From an uncultured Gammaproteobacteria bacterium (lineage in GTDB: Bacteria; Patescibacteriota; Patescibacteriia; Patescibacteriales; UBA12465): DNA of 64,000 nt. Where the stretch lies: positions 89,524 to 153,523 of the forward strand of contig CAYPAP010000001.1 of NCBI GenBank assembly GCA_964408775.1. The letters run 5' to 3'. This document shows positions 56,714 to 64,000 of the stretch, in pieces. A program made the translations under genes and the position numbers. Numbering within the stretch: position 1 is the first letter of the stretch; each line of letters begins with the position of its first letter. The notes beneath the pieces are model-generated. The model was not told where the DNA came from, made no database searches, and saw only the letters and a list, made by a program, of their open reading frames with translations.

Positions 56714-57895
56714 TTATTTTATTTTTAAATTTTTAAATTTTTTATTTCTTAAGCCTGCCGGTAAATATGTTTGCTCACTATCATCTGCCTCGGGGCTATA
56801 TTTATAATCTTTACCGTAGCCCAAATCTTTCATTAACTTACTTGAAGCGTTACGCAGATGAATTGGTACTGATAAATTTCCACTATCTCTGATTTCCTCT
56901 ATTGTAATGTTATACATTTTATAGGCGGCGATACTTTTAGGCGATTTAGCTAAGTATATAGCACAATGAGCTAAAATCACCGAACACTCTGGCAAGCCAA
57001 TATTACGACAAGCGTCATAGGTATTATTGGCAATCATTAGGGCGCTGTTATTAGCCAAGCCAATATCTTCACTAGCAAAACGAATCATACGACGAGCTAT
57101 AAATAATGGATCTTCACCGGCTTCAATCATTCGGGCTGTCCAATAAACTGAAGCCTTAGCATCACCTCCCCGCATTGATTTGTGCAAAGCCGAAATAATA
57201 TCATAATGTTGATCACCCTTCTTATCATAGTTTAACTGCGGCTTATTAATAATTTCTTTTATTAAACTAGTAGACAACTCCTTGCCTGACTCAATTGCTG
57301 ACTCCAAGATATTTAAAGAACGCCGAGCATCACCTTGACCCAAATGAGCTATTAGCTTAACAATTTTTTTATCAATTTTCAAGCCCAACTCCTTGGCTCC
57401 TCGATTAATTATTTTTAACAAGTCATCTTCATTAAGGGTTTCTAAGATTACCACTTTTAAACGAGAAAGTAGAGCTGAATTAATAGAAAAACTAGGATTT
57501 TCGGTAGTAGCCCCAATTAATATTAAAACTCCGTTTTCTATTTGAGGTAAAAGAGCGTCTTGCTGGGCCTTATTCCAGCGGTGAATTTCATCAATAAATA
57601 AAATTGTTTTTACTCCCAAGCGCTTACTAGACTCAGCTCTATCAACAATTTCTTTTAAGTCCTTTTTTCCACTATCGGTAGCTGAAATTGATATAAATTC
57701 AGCCTTGGTTTCTTTAGCAATTATAAAAGCCAAGGTAGTTTTACCTGACCCTGGTGGACCCCAAAAAATTAAAGACGGAACCTGATCTTTTTCAATAGCT
57801 AATCTTAACCAGGAATTTTTTCCAATAATTTTTTCCTGTCCAAAAAATTTCTTTAAATTATCGGGACGTAAACTTGTTGCCAAAGGAGTCTTCAT
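56714..57895 (-). CDS. rarA: replication-associated recombination protein A (AAA+ ATPase)
   Basis: 393 aa. GPPGSGKTTLA, FIDEIHRWNKAQQDALLP, and the MgsA C-terminal domain. Confidence 0.9.
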   Translation of the reverse strand: MKTPLATSLRPDNLKKFFGQEKIIGKNSWLRLAIEKDQVPSLIFWGPPGSGKTTLAFIIAKETKAEFISISATDSGKKDLKEIVDRAESSKRLGVKTILFIDEIHRWNKAQQDALLPQIENGVLILIGATTENPSFSINSALLSRLKVVILETLNEDDLLKIINRGAKELGLKIDKKIVKLIAHLGQGDARRSLNILESAIESGKELSTSLIKEIINKPQLNYDKKGDQHYDIISALHKSMRGGDAKASVYWTARMIEAGEDPLFIARRMIRFASEDIGLANNSALMIANNTYDACRNIGLPECSVILAHCAIYLAKSPKSIAAYKMYNITIEEIRDSGNLSVPIHLRNASSKLMKDLGYGKDYKYSPEADDSEQTYLPAGLRNKKFKNLKIK

Positions 57896-60435
57896 TACTT
57901 TGTCATTAATAATTTATTATTCTTGTTTTTATAATATGCTAACTTAACAATCTCCGAACAAGCCAAATAAACAACGGCCACTCCAAATATTATCAATAAA
58001 TGATTCAAACTTGGTGGCGTAAAACCAAAAAACTTTTGGCCAAAATTTGTGAAAGGAATAACAACGGTGATAATAGCAGCGGACAAAGATAAAAAGCCAA
58101 CCCAAAAAGATGGTCGATGCCCTCTGAACATTGACTTCTTGGTTCTAATGGAAAATAAAAAGGCTAATTCAGTAATAATACTAGCTATAAACCAATTGGT
58201 CTGCAGGACTTCAGGAGAAATTTTAAAAAATAAAGCGAAATAAGTGAAATCAAAAATAGAAGAAACTATACCTAAAATTATAGCAATAATAATAATGTCC
58301 CCGACTTGATACCTTTTAGGGGAAAGTAATTCATCCTTATCAACGTTATCGGTGGCGATTGCTATCATTGGAAAATCTGACAATAAGTTTAATAACAAAA
58401 TTTGTAAAGGAAGCATCGGCAGAAAATCAATAATCAAAGAAGCAATAGCTACGGCATAAAAATTACCAAAATTAGACGCCAAGGTCGCCTTAATATATTT
58501 ACTACTATTAGCAAATATCCTTCGCCCCTCTTTGATGCCCTGGACTATGACATTTAAATCATTTTCCAATAGCACAATATCGGCCGCCTCTCTGGCTATA
58601 TCAGAGGCGTTCTGTACCACTAAGGAAACCCCAGCTGCTTTTAGCGCCGGAGCATCGTTAATCCCATCTCCTAAATATCCAACACTGAAATTTTCTTGTA
58701 ATTGCTTAATTATCTCAAATTTTTGTTCAGGTAAAACTCGGGCAAAAACATCGTATTCTTTTAAAATATTTTTTAACTCTTCCGGTGACAACCCAGCCAA
58801 ATCTTTTCCTAAAAAAACTTTTTCAGGATCTTCTATTAAACCAATTTCGCGAGCAACCGACCCGGCCACCTCGGGACTATCACCAGTAATAATTTTTAAG
58901 CCAACATTTAATTCCTTTGCTCTCAAAACTGCATCCTTAACTGAATTTTTAACTGGGTCAGCAAAGGAAATCATCCCTAAAAATTCTAAATTATTCTCAA
59001 AGCTGATCAACTTATTTTTTAAATCATCTAAAAAAACTTCTCCGACATCCTTTTTGGCAACCGCTAAAACTCTTCTTCCCAATAACCCCTGGTCAGAAAT
59101 CCATTTTCTAATATTTTTCACCTCCTCTTCATCCAGATTGGAGCATAAGTCAAAAATAGCCTCCGGAGCCCCCCTTACTATAAAATCTAAATCATCATCT
59201 CTTTTAACCAGGGCATTATTTCTCCTTCTTTTAGGATCGAATGGCGTATCAACTATAAACTCAAATTTTGAAAAAATATTTTTATCTTCTTCGTCCATTT
59301 TTTCAAAAATAGCAATATCGAAAGGCTCTTTTTTATCCTTCAGATTAGCCGCCGCCAGACTGGAGTAAAGAAGAGTTTTTTTAACTGGAGCCAACGAATC
59401 GTAAAAATCCAAAATGGTCAACTTATTTTCGGTTAAGGTTCCGGTTTTATCAGAGCATAAAATATCAATATTACCCAAGTCCTCCACTGATGAAAGACGC
59501 TTGACCACAACCTTATGCTTGGCTAGATTCATTGCTCCTCTGGAAAAAGAAAAAGTCATTACTAGAGGCAAGGCCTCGGGAATAACTGATATGGCCAGGG
59601 CTATAGAAAAAATAGTTAATTCCAAAACATCCAAACCATCCTTGAATATAGCGTTAAAAAGAAAAACAAAAACTAAGGTAATTAAAACTAATTTTAAAAT
59701 AAAAGAGCTAAATTTAGAGATACCTCTCTCAAAGTCGCTAGATTTTTTTACTCGAGATGTTAACTTGGTTACGCCGCCTAAAAAAGTATTTTTTCCAGTA
59801 GCTACAACCACGGCCCTAGCCTTACCGCTAACAACTGAAGTTCCAGAAAAACACAAATTATGTGCTGAAAAATAATCTACTTTTTCCTCTAAGACAACTT
59901 CCCCCTGCTTATTCGACAAAACTGACTCTCCCGTTAGAACTGATTCATCAACCATTAAATCAGAATCTTCTATAACTCTTAAGTCGGCGCTAATCTTGTC
60001 TCCTGTTTCTAATATAACGATGTCCCCTTCTACTAAGTCCTCGCTATCAACAAATCTTTTTTGGCCATCTCGAATAACCTTAACTTGGTTTTTTACGTAT
60101 TTTTTTAATAATCTTATTGTGCTTTCCGACCGATATTCCTGAAAAAACCCCAAAACAGTATTAATACCAACAAAAAACAAAATCATAAACCCCTCTATCT
60201 GCTGATCAAAGAAAAAGGACAGGGCCGCCGCCGCCAGCAACAGATATATGAACGGAGACTTAAACTGATTAAAGAATATATTCCACCACTTTAAATCAGT
60301 ACTGGAAACATTATTTTTACCATTGACCTCCAAGCGATTACTCGCCTCCTCAGATTTAAGACCGAGATAACTATCAGTTTTAAAGTCATTTAAAACATCT
60401 GCGACATCTCTTTGGGCTAATTTTAAAATTTTCAT
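57895..60435 (-). CDS. cation-transporting P-type ATPase (P2/P3-like; ion not assignable)
   Basis: 846 aa. TGES, CSDKTGTLTENK, GDGINDAPALK. Its stop overlaps the rarA ATG by 1 nt. Confidence 0.85.
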   Translation of the reverse strand: MKILKLAQRDVADVLNDFKTDSYLGLKSEEASNRLEVNGKNNVSSTDLKWWNIFFNQFKSPFIYLLLAAAALSFFFDQQIEGFMILFFVGINTVLGFFQEYRSESTIRLLKKYVKNQVKVIRDGQKRFVDSEDLVEGDIVILETGDKISADLRVIEDSDLMVDESVLTGESVLSNKQGEVVLEEKVDYFSAHNLCFSGTSVVSGKARAVVVATGKNTFLGGVTKLTSRVKKSSDFERGISKFSSFILKLVLITLVFVFLFNAIFKDGLDVLELTIFSIALAISVIPEALPLVMTFSFSRGAMNLAKHKVVVKRLSSVEDLGNIDILCSDKTGTLTENKLTILDFYDSLAPVKKTLLYSSLAAANLKDKKEPFDIAIFEKMDEEDKNIFSKFEFIVDTPFDPKRRRNNALVKRDDDLDFIVRGAPEAIFDLCSNLDEEEVKNIRKWISDQGLLGRRVLAVAKKDVGEVFLDDLKNKLISFENNLEFLGMISFADPVKNSVKDAVLRAKELNVGLKIITGDSPEVAGSVAREIGLIEDPEKVFLGKDLAGLSPEELKNILKEYDVFARVLPEQKFEIIKQLQENFSVGYLGDGINDAPALKAAGVSLVVQNASDIAREAADIVLLENDLNVIVQGIKEGRRIFANSSKYIKATLASNFGNFYAVAIASLIIDFLPMLPLQILLLNLLSDFPMIAIATDNVDKDELLSPKRYQVGDIIIIAIILGIVSSIFDFTYFALFFKISPEVLQTNWFIASIITELAFLFSIRTKKSMFRGHRPSFWVGFLSLSAAIITVVIPFTNFGQKFFGFTPPSLNHLLIIFGVAVVYLACSEIVKLAYYKNKNNKLLMTK

Positions 60436-60520
60436 AAATTTAATAATGAATATAAGATAATTATATAATAAAAACAGGGCTCTGTCTATTAACCCCGCCG
60501 AAAATTATTAGCCCAAAATA

Positions 60521-61465
60521 CTAAAGTTTATAAGGTAAAATAACCTCAAATTTAGAGCCCTCCCCTAAAAAACTTTGAACTAAAATTTTTCCAGAAAAAT
60601 CTTCTTCAATTATTTTTTTAACTAAAGCCAAGCCAATGCCACAATGTCCATCCTTAAACTCCTTTTTTAGAGAAAAGAAAGGTTCAAAAATAAGAGACAA
60701 GGTGTCGTTATCAATCCCCGAGCCATTATCTTCAACCGAAAAAACAATATTACCATTAACCCCTTCTAAACAAACTGTAATCTTCTTATTTTCCCCTCCC
60801 GCGGGAAAAGACTCAATGGCATTACTAATTAAATTTACAATTATTTGACTAAATTTTATGGAATCACCAAAAATCTCAATATTATCTTTTATTTTTAAAA
60901 CTAGCTCGATGTTATTTTTTATAAAGTAAAAATTTAAAACAGCCAAAGACTGCTTAATTTCCTTAGATAAAGAAAAAATATTTTTTTCTCCATCTTTTTG
61001 ACATTGACGTTTAAAAGATCTAAGTAAATTAACCGCTCTTTCATTTATAAAGACAGATTTTTTTATTAAATTCCTCAATTTTTTATGATTATCAAAATTA
61101 TTTGAAACTTCCTCTAGGGCTAAGGAAGATGCTGTCAAAATATTAGCTAAATCATGGTAAACTCCAAGAGAAACACGACTAGCCTCGACTAAATTATAAG
61201 ATTCAGACATTTTTCCAAAGCACTCCTCTATCTTTTTAGAAAAATCGCGCTCTATTTTTTTTAATGACCTATTTTTATCAACTATTTTTGCTAAAAAACA
61301 AAAAGAAATAAAATTAAATAAAAGTAGCGCTATTAGACAAAACAAAATAATAACAAGAAAATAATAACCACTCTGATAATTATAGCAAGACCAAAAAGAT
61401 AGAACTAAAACAAAATTTAGTAAAACCAAGGCAAAGAAAAATCTAATGTACTTACAAGTGGTCAT
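60521..61465 (-). CDS. membrane sensor histidine kinase
   Basis: 314 aa. 2 N-terminal TM segments, H-box VYHDLANIL, N-box NLISNAIES, G-boxes DNGSGI / GIGLALV. Confidence 0.8.
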   Translation of the reverse strand: MTTCKYIRFFFALVLLNFVLVLSFWSCYNYQSGYYFLVIILFCLIALLLFNFISFCFLAKIVDKNRSLKKIERDFSKKIEECFGKMSESYNLVEASRVSLGVYHDLANILTASSLALEEVSNNFDNHKKLRNLIKKSVFINERAVNLLRSFKRQCQKDGEKNIFSLSKEIKQSLAVLNFYFIKNNIELVLKIKDNIEIFGDSIKFSQIIVNLISNAIESFPAGGENKKITVCLEGVNGNIVFSVEDNGSGIDNDTLSLIFEPFFSLKKEFKDGHCGIGLALVKKIIEEDFSGKILVQSFLGEGSKFEVILPYKL

Positions 61466-61587
61466 AATTCAAAAAATAAGAAAATAAGAAAATAATATTA
61501 AGCTATTTTACTATTTTTGAAATTAAAAATATATAAAAAAATAATAAAAATAAAATAAAAAAAACAAGCAGTTCTTAACCGCTTGCT

Positions 61588-62943
61588 TCATGACTTATAA
61601 ATAATCTTTTTCCCAACTAAAGAATTTAATTTTCTTTGACTTAATGATTTTAAATGTTTTTTTTCAAGATATTTTTTGGGAATAATTATGTCAAAATAAA
61701 ATTCTGTCTTAGCTCTTATTTTTTCACCCTTAGACCCTTCTATAACTATCTCTAGGTCCGGGTGACTATCCATTATTTTTATTTTATATTCATTCTCCAT
61801 TTTTTTTGATAATTGCCTTAGTTTTAAAGATCTGCTTTTTATCTCTTCCCTCGCTACTCGATCAGGCAAAAAATAAGCCGGGGTCTTTTCATGGGCCGAA
61901 AAAGAAAAAACATGAATTTTAGAAAACTTTATTCTTTTAGAAAAATTATAGGTCTCTTTAAAGTCCTTATCACTCTCCCCCGGGAAACCAACTATAATAT
62001 CAGTGGTAATGGAAATATCAGGAACCTTTTTTCTAATTTTATTTATTTTATCTTCAAAAAATTTAATGTTATAAGGCCTGTTCATTAAACTTAAAATTCT
62101 ATTACTGCCCGCCTGCAAAGGAATATGCAAGTGTCGGCACATCTTTCTATTTTTAGAAATAAGATTAATAATATCATCACTTATTTCACTCACTTCTATA
62201 GAGCTAAGCCTTATTCGACCAATATTTTTTATTTTTAAAATTTTCAACAACAAAGAATAAAGATTTTCTGACTTGTTTAAGAAATCTTTGCCATATAAAC
62301 CTAAATGAATACCTGATAAAACTATTTCGGAAAAACCATCGTTTGTTGCTAGGCGTATTTCTTTAATAATATCAAGTGATGGCCTACTATTTAAAGGACC
62401 CCTAGCTAGAGGGATAACACAATAAGAACAGAATTGGCGACAACCATCCTGGATTTTTATAAAATAACGACTACGATCATCAATTAAGTTTAATTTTAAG
62501 CAACTACTCTGCTGTATGGCTCCTCCTTGAGAAATCGCCTTTTTGTCATTAAGCTCAAAAATTTTATTCGGATCTGCCCCCGAGAAAATGCTCTCAATTT
62601 TCTTGGCCAAAATAAATAAGTCCTTATTATTAAAAATAAAGTCTACCTTCAGGCCCTCAATATTATAAACTTTGGGCCAACAACCAATTAAAACGGTTTT
62701 AGCCTTAGGATTATCTTTTGTTAGAGAGGATAATAGGCGGCGAGCCTTGGTTATAGCCGAACTAGTAACCGAACAAGAGTTGATTATTATTAAATCAAGA
62801 TTTTTATCTTTTTTGGGTAAAATAAAATTGCCCGAAAGCAATAAATTTTTGAGAACCGCTGAGTCATATTGATTAACTTTGCACCCTAAAGTACTAATCT
62901 GAAAAGTTGTTTTGTTTTTCTTATCCCTAATAATCATACTCAT
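61588..62943 (-). CDS. MiaB/MtaB-family radical-SAM methylthiotransferase
   Basis: ...FQISTLGCKVNQYDS (UPF0004 domain) and GCRQFCSYCVIP (CxxxCxxC). I chose the start at Met44 of the track ORF (MSMIIRDKK). It ends in TGA. Confidence 0.8.
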   Translation of the reverse strand: MSMIIRDKKNKTTFQISTLGCKVNQYDSAVLKNLLLSGNFILPKKDKNLDLIIINSCSVTSSAITKARRLLSSLTKDNPKAKTVLIGCWPKVYNIEGLKVDFIFNNKDLFILAKKIESIFSGADPNKIFELNDKKAISQGGAIQQSSCLKLNLIDDRSRYFIKIQDGCRQFCSYCVIPLARGPLNSRPSLDIIKEIRLATNDGFSEIVLSGIHLGLYGKDFLNKSENLYSLLLKILKIKNIGRIRLSSIEVSEISDDIINLISKNRKMCRHLHIPLQAGSNRILSLMNRPYNIKFFEDKINKIRKKVPDISITTDIIVGFPGESDKDFKETYNFSKRIKFSKIHVFSFSAHEKTPAYFLPDRVAREEIKSRSLKLRQLSKKMENEYKIKIMDSHPDLEIVIEGSKGEKIRAKTEFYFDIIIPKKYLEKKHLKSLSQRKLNSLVGKKIIYKS

Positions 62944-63084
62944 TAAAAAAACTCTAAGGCCCTTAGAAATCATCGCGTAAAAAATCTCGCTATATTTCAT
63001 ATGGCTCCGAGCTAAAACACGTTTTGCAGCTTGTGCATGGAACAGGGCGAACAAAGGTCCTAAAGATCCCAATGATCCTTCTAT

Positions 63085-63161
63085 TGGAGCCGCCTGTCGG
63101 AATCGAACCGACGACCTACTGTTTACAAGACAGTCGCTCTAACCAGCTGAGCTAAGGCGGC
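63085..63161 (-). tRNA. tRNA-Thr (anticodon UGU), CCA encoded
   Basis: GCCGCCTTAGCTCAGCTGGTTAGAGCGACTGTCTTGTAAACAGTAGGTCGTCGGTTCGATTCCGACAGGCGGCTCCA. The cloverleaf was checked by hand: a 7-bp acceptor stem, anticodon loop CT-TGT-AA, and a GTTCGATTC T-loop. Confidence 0.9.
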
Positions 63162-63203
63162 TGGAAAAAAATTCTATTTTCAATCATTGAAAATAGACCA
63201 CAG

Positions 63204-63276
63204 TGCGCCCAGCAGGATTCGAACCTGCGACCTTCTGCTTAAAAGGCAGCTGCTCTACCAACTGAGCTATGAGCGC
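63204..63276 (-). tRNA. tRNA-Lys (anticodon UUU), CCA not encoded
   Basis: GCGCTCATAGCTCAGTTGGTAGAGCAGCTGCCTTTTAAGCAGAAGGTCGCAGGTTCGAATCCTGCTGGGCGCA. The anticodon loop is CT-TTT-AA; the acceptor stem pairs, with one G-U. Confidence 0.9.
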
Positions 63277-63286
63277 AAAAAAAATA

Positions 63287-63313
63287 AATCGTAAATTAAC
63301 GTACTTTACGATT
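63287..63313 (-). promoter_or_regulatory. terminator-like leader hairpin directly upstream of tRNA-Lys
   Basis: AATCGTAAA-9 nt-TTTACGATT (9-bp perfect stem) followed on the minus strand by TATTTTTTTT. tRNA-Lys then starts 10 nt later. Confidence 0.5.
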
Positions 63314-63319
63314 GTTTCT

Positions 63320-63348
63320 ATTATAAAATAAAAAAAATAATTTTACAA
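63320..63348 (-). promoter_or_regulatory. putative promoter of the tRNA-Lys/tRNA-Thr operon
   Basis: Minus strand reads TTGTAA (63348-43), a 17-nt spacer, then TATAAT (63325-20). Confidence 0.4.
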
Positions 63349-63495
63349 GGTCTAGATCTATAATCAAGACTCTATGGATAAAAGGTGAATTATAAGTGGA
63401 AAAACAAAAAAATGATAACTTGAAAAATATGCATAACTAGGATATTATATAGTTAATCTAAAAAATCAATAAAATAAAAATAAAATCAAACAAGT

Positions 63496-64000
63496 ATGGC
63501 AGAAAACAAACAAAATTCCATTGAAAAGGTTCCCCCGCAAAATATTGAAGCCGAGCAATCACTCCTGGGTTGTTTATTATTAGACAAAGAGGCAATATAT
63601 AAAGTAACTGACGTTATTAACCCGGAAGATTTTTATCAAAATAGCCATAAAAATATTTTTGAGGCTATGTTAGATCTTTTTAATAGCCAAGAACCAATAG
63701 ATATAATCACCCTATCAAATAAATTAGAGGAAAAAAAATTAATCCAAGAGGTCGGAGGTCGCAGTTATTTAGCTCAATTATCCAATACTGTAGCTACCTC
63801 AGCTAATACTGTTTATTATGCCAATCTAATCCAAAAAAAGGCGTCTTTAAGACGACTACAGATTTCAGCCAGTGAAATAATGGATTTAAGCTTTGAAGAA
63901 GAAAGAGATATTGATGAAGTTCTGGATCAAGCTGAAAAAAAGATTTTTGGAGTTTCTCGAAAACATCTAAAAAATTCATTCTCAGGGATAGATAGTCTAT
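63496..64000 (+). CDS. dnaB: replicative DNA helicase DnaB, 5'-partial in the window
   Basis: Hand translation: MAENKQNSIEKVPPQNIEAEQSLLGCLLLDKEAIYKVTDVINPEDFYQNSHKNIFEAM... This is the canonical DnaB N-terminus. The ORF leaves the window and is therefore absent from the track. Confidence 0.9.
   Translation, partial: MAENKQNSIEKVPPQNIEAEQSLLGCLLLDKEAIYKVTDVINPEDFYQNSHKNIFEAMLDLFNSQEPIDIITLSNKLEEKKLIQEVGGRSYLAQLSNTVATSANTVYYANLIQKKASLRRLQISASEIMDLSFEEERDIDEVLDQAEKKIFGVSRKHLKNSFSGIDSL

Noticed and set aside
58532-59875. Long plus-strand ORFs (278 aa and 153 aa).
   Set aside because: They lie antisense to the P-type ATPase, which has all its signature motifs. Their translations are Ser/Phe/Lys-rich low complexity.
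62944-63072. 43-codon N-terminal extension of the MtaB-like ORF.
   Set aside because: It runs through a spacer containing a terminator-like T-run and ends 12 nt from tRNA-Thr. The conserved domain begins right after Met44/Met46.
62944-63084. Possible additional small RNA or tRNA in the 141-nt spacer between tRNA-Thr and the MtaB-like gene.
   Set aside because: There is no cloverleaf and no GTTCRANYC T-loop, only weak hairpins and one TCGCGTAAAA motif. The evidence is insufficient to call an RNA gene.
1-64000. Prophage, IS element or integrase-associated island.
   Set aside because: No transposase, integrase, capsid or terminase-like ORF was seen on either strand. The only retroelement signature is the DGR.

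Overview
This is an AT-rich, gene-dense window with about 55 CDS, most of them on the minus strand, plus 2 tRNAs. Gene content and several visibly reduced enzymes suggest a small-genome Patescibacteria/CPR-like bacterium; that is inference, not shown by the sequence. The backbone is housekeeping: mraY-ftsW-murG-murC-murB, two mreB copies with mreCD, rfbABCD, several GT2/GT4 glycosyltransferases, hisS/proS/ileS, rpmE-prfA-prmC, a MacAB-like efflux set, ruvA, rarA, pyk, htpX/lemA, a P-type ATPase, a histidine kinase, an MtaB-like enzyme, tRNA-Thr/tRNA-Lys and the dnaB 5' end.

The standout is a complete diversity-generating retroelement (DGR) at about 43.6-47.7 kb, between proS and ruvA. It has an RT, an Avd-like gene, a 136-bp template repeat (TR), and a matching variable repeat (VR) forming the last ~45 codons of a 700-aa target ORF. 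In my hand alignment, 17 of 18 TR/VR mismatches fall on TR adenines. The cassette is atypical in four ways:
- avd is inverted and lies between TR and RT.
- The RT carries one in-frame TGA.
- The target has no obvious signal peptide.
- The cassette is bracketed by a ~65-bp direct repeat that is a relic of an RT 3' end.

Other items worth a second look:
- A PEP-synthase/rifampicin-phosphotransferase-like gene of at least 1,540 codons sits just downstream of murB. It is absent from the ORF track, has two phosphohistidine swivel domains, and has a locally broken reading frame.
- A 331-nt, perfectly nested four-way-junction element ends exactly at the start codon of a GT4 gene.
- A loose family of GC-rich palindromic intergenic elements is present.
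- Two tandem secreted paralogues occur, one with an in-frame TAG.

Everything was read by hand. No database search or folding computation was run.
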